Assembly: GCA_038496445.1 (NCBI GenBank)
Contig: JALMLS010000418.1
Coordinates: 124,001-188,000 of the forward strand
Length of the DNA: 64,000 nucleotides
Source of the DNA: Trichosphaerium sp. ATCC 40318
Lineage: Eukaryota > Protista > Tubulinea
Reading direction: 5' to 3'
Each line of letters starts with the position of its first letter. Positions within the stretch are counted from its first letter, which is position 1. The translations under genes were made by a program, and so were the position numbers. Shown piece by piece: positions 25,351-42,055 of the stretch. The notes beneath the pieces were generated by a model that saw only the letters and a program-made list of their open reading frames with translations, was not told the DNA's origin and searched no databases.

Positions 25351-26617
25351 ATGAGCGAATCCGAAGGGCTGCCCTTTCCTTTCGGAGTGCGTATTTATGA
25401 ATATTACATAGCGATTTAGCGTATTAACGCTTGTTTTTTGTACTGTACTTACTAATACATTCAAAAGGAGATGCTGCCGGAACTAAAAGGTGAAGTAATG
25501 GCGTTTATAACGGTACAAACATCATTTAACGTTTTTACTAAATTGGCACAGTCGCTAGATACGTTAGCAGCGTGCTGTTGCGTATGTAAGAAGTTTAAAA
25601 CACTCACATGGGCAAAACATGCGTACCAGTTGAAATGCGCGAAGAAATTCAAACTACGAGTTAAACCAAGCTATTTATCGTGGGAACGTACGTAAACCGC
25701 GTATAAAAAAGAAAAACCAGCGTGTCACAATCAACTTCTCGGATTTAACGAAATTTGCGCCAAAAGGCGTCAAAATCGCTCAAATCGCTCTCATCTTATC
25801 TACATTAGAATTCTACTACGAAATCAAAGGTTTTTGTTTCTCCTTATCGATTCCTACGAAAAAATGGAACCATAACGTTTGTGTTCCAAAGGAGTACGTT
25901 ACAAGTACATTATAACACGTTTACAACGAGAAGAACCGTTGCCTGGTGAAAAGTCAGTGAAAAAAAGATCAGCGTTCTTCTGAACCAATCTACTTTTTTG
26001 GTTTCAAATTGATTTTATTTTTATTACAGTAATAAGTATTGTTGTATTTTATGTGTGTCACGTGATTTTGGTTTATTTGTTTTAGGGAAATGCCAAAAGA
26101 ACATCAAAACGACCCCAGAAAGTTGATAAAATTTGTAACATATTCTGGTACTGTTGACTATCTGTTGTATGTATCAAGGACTCTTCTCAAAAAAATAGAG
26201 TTAATTATATTATTAAAAGAAGGTACAAATGGCTCTTCTTTTTTTCTTTTTTTTGAAAATTAGTTTCAGCTTACTGATTAGTTTAACGGTTATCTAGCTT
26301 CACAAGAAGGTGACAATGTATTTGAACTTCCTGTAGAAGCTTTTATGAAACCTTTATATAATGACACTGGGCGTAATTACACGTCATTTTATGTAACAGT
26401 ACCAGAGAGTGACAAAGGTAAAAAAAGTAGTTGATGTATTAATTATTATTAAAGTATTGTAGCTTCTGGTACAACCATTGATGGACGTGATTATTCACTT
26501 AGAGACCTTCATGTTTCATTACGTAACCGCTATGTAGATAATGAATTTCGGGGAGAAATAGAAAAGGTTGAAGCAACTTGTACGATTGATTATTTGTCTA
26601 TCATCAAACTGTTTTGA
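25351..26617 (+). CDS. F-box protein (multi-exon)
   Basis: Spliced MSESEGLPFPFG|EMLPELKGEVMAFIT|SLDTLAACCCVCKKFKTL fits the F-box consensus (LPxE..I...L...DL......VCK.F). Confidence 0.75.
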
Positions 26618-27125
26618 CGAAAGGTTTAGTGATTGTTGAAGCTAGCTTCATGGCAATGCTACACAACATGCATTCGGCGCTAAATACACTTTATAAGCAG
26701 CACGTTGGAGAGGAAGAACCAACACAGAGTGTCCATGCTAAGATATTACATGGGCTGCATCTCATAGACAATTTTTTGCGCAGCTGACATTTTGAAATAA
26801 TAGTTGTCAAATACAGTTCTGATTTCTGAAGTTACCTTATTAGGCTAAGGAAGTTTAGATACCTCCACGGTCGTTTTTATCTATTGTGGTAAAGCGTTCA
26901 CGCCATTATCACTCTGAGTTGAATAGAATTGTCTTTTAGACTAAATTAGAGCACTCAGCACTACGTTTTGGTTCATATGCCTTCAAATAGTACCCGAAGC
27001 GACTTACAGCAGAGCAACTACATTCTTCGGTGAACTAGAAAATGCAACGCGTTTTATACCTCAAGGTGGTTTTAGCTAATCCTGCGTGATCCAAAACAAG
27101 GCCCTTTATTGGTACAATTTGAGAG

Positions 27126-27357
27126 AAAAACCACAAATTTTTTTTCTGTGTTGTAGCACTCTTTAAATTTAAAAGTGTTGGTCTTTCTACCACCGAATAG
27201 TTAATTATGAAACGGCATGTGTACACGGCCTTTACCGGTGAGTGTATGCACCCTGCTCCTCTACTAACTTGCAGAGCTTGAGTGCTTGCGGTGACGGATT
27301 GAACCCCGCATACGCGAAGGTTTTTGGAACCCCGCATACGCGAAGGTTTTTGGATGT
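27126..27357 (-). repeat. Copy 2 of the structured element, inverted, with an internal 26-bp tandem duplication
   Basis: gaaccccgcatacgcgaaggtttttg occurs twice at 27301-27352; the remainder matches copy 1. Confidence 0.9.
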
Positions 27358-27783
27358 TTAGTATTTTGGACAAGCTGTGAACAATACCTTTTGCTGAAAC
27401 TAGAACTGGTACATGTAGCAAGAAATTCAAAAACATTATCAAGCGGTTTATGAATCACACTTAAACCTGACGAGCGAAGCAGATAACCTGAAACGTGAAC
27501 ATTAATTGTTTAATATTGAAGACCTGTTTGCTCTTTTTCAAAAAAAACAATGTGTCATGCTTCTATTATTGTGTTTATGGTACAAACGCAAAGCGCTTAG
27601 TCTTGAAGTGATATTGGTTTTTTGACAGTCACAATCAAAACCACTTTGAACGATCTAATACTTAGCATTGAGTGCTTTCGTTAATTCATCAGGCAGCGTA
27701 TCAACACAACGCGCCATTTCTCTATAACAACGGGGTAAGAGACGTCCGAAAAAATAGACAAACAAATAGCCTCTGCTCGTTCT

Positions 27784-28285
27784 TTAGACGCACCGTAATT
27801 TTGCACTCATTTCTATTGAGAATTGGTCCTCTACGGGTAAAGGTGTATCATCTGTATCGTCTTCTTTCATTTGGTGGACCAACTCTATAAACAAGTCATT
27901 TTGGTTCCAATTACAAATTGGCAAGATGACTTTACAAAAAAACGTACCCTCGTAGCGCTTAAGTGTTCTTTCAGCTCGTTCTGCTTTTATCCGTGTATCT
28001 GCAATTTTAAGCTGTTCTTCAAGCAACTCAATACGCATTTCTTGTTCTGCTATTTGCTTATCACGTAACTAATTGATGTGAGGCTATATACAAGCAGTTG
28101 GAACTCACTTCTGCATGCTCTCGTTGACGCTTTATTAAATCTTCTGGGTTATATCCCCTACGCGTATTTTGCGTGCTTACAGAGGATCGTTGCCCTTTTT
28201 CAACTGTAGTGGTAGCTACTCTACGAATTTGCACTTGGCGCGTCAAATTGCGCTTTGGCACACTACGCCAAGCTCTGAAGGCCAT
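27784..28285 (-). CDS. Small coiled-coil protein with a mitochondrial-presequence-like N-terminus (3' end uncertain)
   Basis: MAFRAWRSVPKRNLTRQVQIRRVAT (Arg-rich, no acidic residues) splices to QIAEQEMRIELLEEQLKIAD.. Confidence 0.6.
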
Positions 28286-28300
28286 CTTCGAGGTAAAATT

Positions 28301-28983
28301 ATGCCTGTAAACGAAGTCAAAAGTGCGTCAAATCAAAATACCAGCTAGAGCCATGATAACCCTGAATAAGCCTAAAAAAGCTGAAAAAGATAAAAACGAA
28401 AGCAATAAAGCTGGAGTGAAGCGCAAAAACGCTACTACACGGAAGAAAAAAGCAAAGAAACAAAAAGTAAAAATTGATGAATCTATAGATGACCTCTTTG
28501 GTGCTGCACAAGTACAGCGAAAAGAAATTAAAGAGAAAAAGGTACTAAAACATGTAAATTTGCTGTCGTGAAAGCTTTTCATCCCTACTACTTCCACTAC
28601 ACCGCCATCATCACAAATATTACTGACACGGTAAAGCAAACGCTTGAAGAGGAAAAACAAAAACGTACAGAAATGAACCAACGTATGCGTGACGCCAGGC
28701 TTGATGAAGATAAAACAAAGCCATTTTTACACCCTAGTGGCAAAACTGACGACTCAAAACGTGCGTGTTCCTTTTTTCTTCAACAACAGAATTTTTTTTT
28801 AATTGGTTTTTTCTAGCAATGAGATTCGAGGATGGGCTTCCAATTTATACAGTTGATCAACTAAATATTGGTAAAGGCGGTGACACACCTCTTTGTCCTT
28901 TTGATTGTGATTGTACGCCAACATAACCTTTTTCTTCAAACCTTTTTAAAGATAATGACTATTCCATTTTAGGTTGCTTTTAG
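28301..28983 (+). CDS. DUF1764-family protein
   Basis: Spliced C-terminus RFEDGLPIYTVDQLNIGKGGDTPLCPFDCDCCF* and IDDLFG are typical of DUF1764. Likely start MP|PKKAEK. Confidence 0.85.
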
Positions 28984-29027
28984 TTTATTCACAATTTTTG
29001 CACCTCCAGCTTCTTCTTTTTTTTACA

Positions 29028-31648
29028 TTATAACGGCGCACCATGACACACTGGACATATACATTGTGGCGTTATGGTATGTGCAACCTTGTACAGTGAT
29101 AGAAAAACCAAAATATGCAAAATAAGCGCATAGAAAAAGACAAACAAGCGGAGGATTTTGGTTGACATGAAAAATCTACCAGAATCTAGAACCAACTTTT
29201 CAGCAGGATTGAGGTCTTTGTACCTCCTGTATTTTTCCTTTTTGTAAAATAGTAAGTAAATTTTAAAAGTACACGATAGAACTAAGTTTTTTGGATCAAA
29301 AAAAAAGACATGTGACACCGCAATGTGTCAAAAATTTTCACTGAAAAAAAAGAGGAGAAAAAAAAGGGGCACTAACCTTCTTGTTGAACACCTTGAATGG
29401 GTTTACAGAATCTTCATACATTTGCTTATATTTTCCTTCTACTAAACCCTCCTCAACATCTGATTCATGACCATTACTTGATCTTGATTGCGAATGATAA
29501 GAATAAGATTGAAGATACTTGATTTTTTCATAAAGCTTGACATTATCATTTCTTAATGACTGTCTTTCGAGATTCAAGGTTTTAAGACGCTCTCTGAGTT
29601 TATGTGTATCCTATAAAAAGGTTATCACGGACAGTAGTTGCAAAGGAAATCAAGAATACGAACCGCTTGAAGCTGAATAATGTTATTCTTAAACCTATCT
29701 CGCTGACTTATCACAACATTCATCATAGACGATGACGCTGGATCCTCATGAGCTTCAGAAGCTTGTAAAGGTCTATTTGTAAGATCATTCTCTAACTCCT
29801 CTACTAATCTTGTTTTTTGGTCAAAACGGGTTTGGATATCGGCACATTGTTTTTTCAACATCGTAATTTCTGCTTCTTTGCTTTGAAGCTCTGTTTTTAG
29901 TTGTATGTTCTCTGTTTGTAAGTGCTTATGTTTCTCTTTTAAAATAGATTCAACTGAACTACCACCCATCTCACTAGGCGAAAAAGTCTTTTCAAGGGCC
30001 TAAAGAAGAAGTCAGTTTGTTCCGTTCAAAAAACATGCATGAGGTAAGAAAAAATTAGGAATGGTGCAACTCACTTCTAGAGAATTCAGCCTCTTCTTAA
30101 GATCAGCGTGCTCTTCTTTGCTAGGATTTTCTGCTTGAAGGGCCTTCAAAGTACGTATTTCTTTATCCTTTAACAAGGTTAGCGAACATTATTTAAAATC
30201 TCGCTACCTTTTCATCGAGTTGCTCTTTGAACTCGTTTTCTATTTGCTCTTGGATAGATTCTTGCTCAGCCAAAGCATTATCAAGAGCTTCTTTCTCTTC
30301 TGATAATTGAGATATCTTTATATCTTTACGAACAATCTCAAGCTGTAAATTTGATTGCTGATGAGCCAACCTAGAAAACAAAAAAAATAAGACTCATTTC
30401 CCTCCAAGTGGATCAATAAAAAATTTTCTTCTTACTCTTCAACGTTTTCATTAGCTTTTTGTTCGCGAAGTAAGGTCTATTCCAACAAAAAAAAGTTAAT
30501 AAATTTTACATAAAAACATGTTACGATTACATACATTCTCGCGATCCATTACTGCCATTCTTTGACCAAGACGCTCAACTTCGTCTACTACCATATCTAA
30601 TTCAGCTTGTTTGGCTTGAAGTGCCTCATCTTAGAAAGGATTAAAGAAAGGAATAGAAATCATTTACTTACCATGTTTTGTTTTAACTTGATAAAGTTGT
30701 GTTTGTGCAATATTGTAATTTTCTTGTGTTTTAAGCAAATCTTGTTGCGATTGCATTGCTTGAGTACGTAAATCTTGCTCTCTTTCTATAATAAAACGAA
30801 CTCTCAGTCACATCTATTTTAAAGAAAAAGAGAAAAAAAAGATCAAAACGCGAGACAAGAGAAAACAAAACCAAAAAATCAACAAAACAAAAAGTACAAA
30901 CCTTCCATAACAGCTACAGATCTCAAATGCTCTACCATTAGAGCTTCTTCTTTATCCTTTACTTTTTGATTTACCAAGTCCTCAACACTTGCTTCATAGT
31001 CTTTTATTTGCTCTTCTAACTTACGTATTGTCACCTCTTGATTTCTTATTTCTTGAAACTCGTCATGAATGTTTTGAAGCTGACGTCTCAATTTTTCATT
31101 TTCTAAAGCTAAATCTGATTGCTTCCCAAGTTGTTCTTGTTGCTCAGTTACAAATGCCAATGCTTTAGATGGATCTGGTGCATCAACCTATTGGTATGTT
31201 AGTTTGCACGCTGTACGCTGGTAAAAGCACGTACGAGTATTTTGTACAGCTGTAAGAAGAATTTTTCTCCGTCCTTCGCGCGATCTGTCAAGCGGTTTAT
31301 TTCTTTTTGATAACTCTTTAGAAGGGTTTTTATGTGAGCAGGTACTGTTTTTTGTGTTCCTCTCCATTCTAGGTTAAAACCGTTGAGATTACAGAGTTTA
31401 ATACTTGACAACGTATCAAATATGTTATTTTGCTTCAACTACGCACTTTGTGTCTCCTCGGCTAGTTTCTTTCGCGCTGGACCACTTTTCTGTACGTGTT
31501 CAGAAATAATAGCTGCCTGATCGTCCAGGTCCTTTTTCATACCATCAAGGCCCAATTCTAGTACATGTCAGCAAATTGTAACAAAATTGAACTTAATACC
31601 TTTCCAATAGTCTTGCGTAGCAACGACATTGGCCTTAGACGTGCTCAT
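29028..31648 (-). CDS. CASP: CASP/Coy1 golgin (CUX1 N-terminal family) with C-terminal TM
   Basis: LLKSYQKEINRLTDRAKDGEKFFLQLY, NQEVTIRKLEE, VISQRDRFK, LRNDNVKLYEKIKYLQSY, YEDSVNPF and the TM RLFVFFYALILHILVFLSLY. Confidence 0.92.
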
Positions 31649-31887
31649 AATGAAAATACGAGAGTTACAGTATTGTAGAAAACTAAACGAGTTGTACTGT
31701 ACTAATAAGATACTATGGTGATTACTTCCGCGCTGAAATTGCCCACGTAGTACTTTTTTTGGGCTAGCTGGATTTTTTGCAGAGTCTCCACAGTTCAAAG
31801 GACATTAGCAAAAAAAAAGAAGGTGACATTTCAACACCCCAAAACCCCTTGTAGTACTCTCCTTGGCTAGTTCATTATAGTTACTAC

Positions 31888-36681
<4,794 letters not shown>

Positions 36682-37125
36682 TGATTCCTTTCGCAAAGAT
36701 TTAACATCCACAAAAACTTCCTGTAAATAAAAAAAAATCATGAATGTTGTAAAGAAAAGCATATTTACCACATGGGATACCTAACACTTTTGTTATAAAG
36801 CAAATTGCTACATGATTCTAAAATAATTGCTTCTTTTTGAGCATGTTGTTTGGTAACGTAATGTTCACACTCCATATTTGTTCCATTGTAAGCGCAGTTG
36901 TGCATACCTAGCAGCTCCATGACAATTCATGTATTGTCCTTGCTCAGCTTGCACCTAATGCATTAGACGGCGCTTAGGCTTACCTATTTTCCGTCTATAT
37001 GTATCGCACCACATCCGTTTTTTTAAAAGTAGTATACCACGCCGTCAGATACAAGTAGAAATTCTCAAACTCGAGTCCAAAAAATTCTACTTAGAAAAGT
37101 CACAATACATTTTTGACTAGTCGCA

Positions 37126-39307
37126 ATGATCGAAAGATACCTTATCTTGGCTCTTTTAGTATTCTTTTTAAACTCGTTCGCGTATACACCCGTAAATACC
37201 ATTATTTTCTCATTTCTTTACCTTCTAACACGTGATTTTTGCTACTACAGGTCGTTGTTACGATAGACACTGATAGCGCAGTTCACGAGGTACCTCGGGA
37301 ATTTCTATCATTTAATTTGGATTGGTGGCCAAATAGCAGTCCGGTTCGTGCTTTATAGTGTTTCTCGCTCGTTTTTAATCATTGTTAAGGGTTGGGGAAC
37401 CGCTGGAATGTATACTGTAGATCTAGAAAACAAAAGTTTGATAACTCTTACAAAAGCTCTTTCTCCCGCGATATTAAGGATAGGAGGCACTTTATCTGAC
37501 TACATTGTATATGTAATCGAAGGGGTACCTCATGCACCATGTGCCAAAGGTATAAAAGCTCAATCAAAATGTGTATCTGAAGAACCATACTGTATTACTT
37601 GCCTTAATATGACACGCTGGCATCAAATGAATGAATTCGCATCAACTACAGGAGTAAGGATAGCTTTTGGTCTTAACGAAATATATGTTTCACGTGGAAG
37701 AGGTGACGCTTGGAACACTTCAAATGTTGAGGCTTTTTTAAAGTACACGGCGAGTCAAAACTTTGATAGCATCTACGGTAACTAAAAAAAAGTCATATAC
37801 GTCTCTTTAAATCACTTATGAATAGGGTATGAGATTGGTAATGAGCTAAACTGGAAGCTTAGCCCGCAGGATTGTGCAGCTGATGCAAAATGGCTCAAAA
37901 GTAAGCAGTTATTTTTTAGAAGATTTTTGATGTAACTACTTTTGCTTGTAGCAATGTTGACGACATTGTATCCTGACGAATCTAAAAGGTTCACTAATAA
38001 TTATATTACAATCATGGCCTGTTAATGTAAAGTAGACCACGTATTATAGGACCAGATGACAGCAACAGTTTCAAGGAATGGTACGCTTTTTTATTTTACG
38101 ATGCCTTTTTTCTTAGAATATTCCTGTTAGGTTTGAAACTTATATGCAATTGACACAAGGAATAAACGATGTGTATACATACCATAGTTACAATGTACGA
38201 TGTCAAGCAAGTGTTGAAGCTTATGTACCTAAAAATAACCTTTAGGGCTACGGTCTATCGCCAACGCTCCCAGAGGATATTTTAACAACAAAATTCGCTG
38301 ATAAGTACAACTCATGTTTAAATTATCAAGCCTTTAACTTTTTCAAGATCCAACACTACATCCGAGGAGTACTACAACATGCTTAAAAAATATGACCCAA
38401 ACGCTGAGGTATGGATTGGGGAGGGAGCTGCTGCATGGCACAGGTAAACTGTGTTGTTTTTTTTATTTATTTCAAGTTGCTTACCGACTTGTTATTAAAG
38501 CGGCCAAGACAATACTACGAACTCGTTCTCATCAGGATTTTATTATTTGAATGCACTTGGAGCATTGGCCAGAAACGGTAATAAAGTATTTTGTAGACAA
38601 ACACTCCTTGGCGGATGGTGAGGCTTCTATTACTTATTTGAGTTGTTAACCTCTTTCAACCAATAGGTACGAACTCGTTGACAAAGAAACAATGGCACCA
38701 AATCCAGGTAGGCTCTGATGTTCCTTAGATTTTAATTATCACGGAGTTTTGAACTGTATTTTTAGATTACTACACGGCTTATTTATGGAAACACTTAATG
38801 GGAAGCAAAGTACTAGTAGCTGAATATGATCTTAATCAAGATGTTCGCGTGTACGCTCATTGTGGATTGGAAGGAAAAGGACAGGTGCATCAATAATCAC
38901 ATCTTCATTTGATTTATAGTTAACAACAACCCTAGGTTGTCCTCGCTATTATCAATTACAGTAAAAATGAAACATTTGAATTTCACCTCGAAGGCATTAA
39001 GGGTACAGTGCAAAGTGCATAAAAAACCTTCTCACAAGTTCTGCTTAGCATTCACCCCACGAGTTGAATATTGGTTTTCGGCTTCAAAAGGTGATTTAAG
39101 GACAAAAGAAACAGTACTAAATGGACAACAGTTAGAATTTAAAGACGGAAACCTCCCGCCAATCAATGGTAAGCTACAACTATCCCTACAATGAATACTT
39201 AATAAGATTTAGGAAAGCACAGCTCTGATGCCATCCCTATTGTTGTAAATCCATTATCGTATGGATATGCTGTACTACTAGAAGCGCAAGCACATATATG
39301 CCAATAA
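37126..39307 (+). CDS. Secreted GH79 heparanase-like beta-glucuronidase
   Basis: Signal peptide; FLSFNLDWWP; LSPAILRIGGTLSD; FGLN; YEIGNE (acid/base); TYHSY; VWIGEG (nucleophile); RQTLLGG; PNPDYY. Confidence 0.9.
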
Positions 39308-39349
39308 AGGGTCCAAGCCCACAAGTCAAACTCTAGCAATTGTTTCACA

Positions 39350-40600
39350 GGATTTTAGTTAGGTTGTCGTAGCTGTTCTTGATTGGTAGATTCGATCTAT
39401 CTAGCTCAAAATGATGGTATTGCTAATGTTTCTAAAACCTTTATTCCAAAGTATTAACATACTCACTGTCGGAGTGAGATGGAACCTTATTCGACAATAA
39501 TTTGAGGTCTTTTTTTTTCTCCCACGTTGTTTGCTTTGTGTCTATTGAGATAACAATTGAATCCTACGAGCGTTCATCTCTGGTGTGATCTTAAAACAGA
39601 CATTAATCACGTGCTTTTTTGACCAGTACGCACTATGATACATGTTGATGCTCCAGGATAAAATACACTTATAGCCACAGGTAGTATGGCATCAGGTACC
39701 ATGTTGTATAGTTCTCGGGTGCCTAATTATTACATGATTATTGTTACCTCTTTGTCTTAGTTAGAAATACCTGTTGTCTTATCTACAAGAAACGTCGTTC
39801 TTATTGCAACATCTGTTACTAAAAGTTTGCTCTCAGAGAACATTGTTAACAAGAGTTCCGGGCTTTCGTAGTCAGGTCCAAGAGGTTCAAGCGTTCCTAC
39901 ATCAATTGTGCAAGGATCTGTACTAAGAATTGATGTATCAAATTTCACTATGCTTGAAAGTGAACCAGTAGATAAAGACAAGTACGCTGTATCACCATCA
40001 ATCTCCACTACAATAAAAAAAACTATTTCAGAACACAATACAGTTTTAAATAGCTAACGTACTAGCACGTATCATACCACCTTGCAGTGTACAAGTGACG
40101 ATTCGTTCTGATATGCAATCACTTGGATTGGAGATATCAATACGATAGCGGGCAATGGCAAATCCGGTTTCAGTAGGAAAGACTAGCCCATAAAAATCCG
40201 TTTCATCAATAAATTGCCCATCTAAAAATTCGGTTTCGATAGAACCTGTGCATATCTCGTTATTTTCTAAGTCTTTGTAACTAAATTGAGCATTTGGATC
40301 AGGGTTTATGGATGAATAAGTAATAAGAATTCTTTCTCCATCTAATGAGGGTACTAATTTACACAGTTAAGTTTCGAATTTGATATTTCGTCAATCATGA
40401 ATTGACTCACATAAAAAAGGAAATTCAACTGCAGGTGAATTGAAGAATTGAGCGGTAATGCCAAGTGATTCCAAACCTAAAGCGAATTAGAAAAAGAGCC
40501 ATTAGCCACTAAAATATCGACAATGTTGTTTCCTGAATTTTCATATTTCACGTGAACAAAAACGTGGTTTACGGATGAGTGACGTTTGGCAAAACAGGCA
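39350..40600 (-). CDS. Hypothetical multi-exon, beta-rich protein (ends uncertain)
   Basis: Joinable exons GLESLGITAQFFNSP..|LPSLDGERILITYS..CTLQGGMIRA|VVEIDGDTAYLSLSTG.. No family recognised. Confidence 0.45.
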
Positions 40601-41494
40601 CCTTACGTGATTTCTAAATACAACATGCTAATATGAGCAAAAAGTAGTGTAAACCCCGCTCAAAATTGATTTAAGGTAAAATATAACAATCCAAACAAAA
40701 TGGTAGGCTGTACCATTTAATTCCAAGTCTGTTTGTATACTTCGACTGTTCCAGAGTCAGTCATGTCTACAGGATGAATAAAACCAGGAAGAGAGTTCTG
40801 GCACATAGAAAGCGTAAAAAAGATTGATATCACAATGGTTATTGTTGTGTTGGACATGTGGTTCAAGTGCGACAACCACTTGAAAAAAAACTACAAAACA
40901 ACTTTTCAGAATGGCGTTGACCGCCGTTTGTGAATGTGTTTTATTGATTGTTATACTACTAATCAAGTTACCATACCACTCTGCTTCAATTTTTAGCATA
41001 AAACAGATTGGCATTTTTTGTACAATAGAACTTGTGAACACTAATGTCACTTCTCAATGACTGGCGAGTTTTTTTTTGAAAGGAAAAAATGCTGTGTATG
41101 AAATAAAGTCAAACTGTATTTTATCTAACAGCCTCCATAGTCGTCTAACAAAGTTACTTAACACCTTTGTAAATAAGTTAGTAATAAATTAGAATTCTCC
41201 TTACCTACTCAATACAACGTCTTATAACTGTAGCTAAGCTATACGACATTAGCATGCGCTGTGGTGCTAATGTGAGATCTCTATCATTAAAGCAACCTCG
41301 CCAGTCATTGAGAAGTGGCATAAGCAATCTAGAAAACAAAAGATGCTTCCTACAACGGCTGCAGTATTTATATTTATATACACTGTACATCGTTGGAAGG
41401 TCTGTGTGTTCCACATCAAAGGGCTACAAGGCTCGCATGGTATTTTAGGCACCACTTGTAGGGGATCGTCAAATCTGCTATTACACGGTGATAC

Positions 41495-41858
41495 TAACGC
41501 CCTTCCGTTATGAATACAAGCAATATTCATTCATTGTCCCGTAAGCCATATTCATTATTATTCATTCATGAATATTCATGGGCGTTTGGTGAGTCAGGAT
41601 GTTGAGGAGCTTTTGGTTTGTAGCACCTAGCGATGTTCCAAATGGATAGATTCAACAAGTTGCATTTGAAAACCGAATTGGGATAGTCAACAGAACACCA
41701 AAAGCCACAAATCCAGTCAAAATCAGCCATCAAATTGCACAATTTTCGACCGTTTACTGTGTGCATGAATAATGAATGAATTTTTTTAGTCGTGAATATT
41801 TGTGAATGTAGGCTGTATTTGAATATTCAAATTATTCATTCATAACGGAAGGGCGTTA
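41495..41858. mobile_element. Non-autonomous DNA transposon (MITE), hAT-like
   Basis: Perfect 21-bp TIRs taacgcccttccgttatgaat / attcataacggaagggcgtta; 8-bp flanks ggtgatac / ggtgattt (6/8 match); subterminal ATTCAT/ATGAAT repeats; no transposase. Confidence 0.8.
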
Positions 41859-42055
41859 GGTGATTTGTAATTGTTATTCGACCCACCTCAGTGTGATTTG
41901 GCCACAAATTACAAACCAAGCTTGTTAGCCAAATGGAAGGTGTAGTTCACTCGACCATACTAAATGTAGTCAAAAAATGAGACTGTTATTTTTAACACGT
42001 GCGAAAAACTCATCTCGTCAAACGTGTTATTACTTAATGAGTAGAACACACTGTA

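Noticed and set aside
24652-27357. Pack-MULE-like transposon whose long TIRs capture the F-box gene
   Set aside because: No target-site duplication is visible at the outer ends, and the conservation pattern fits two independent copies better. Not fully excluded.
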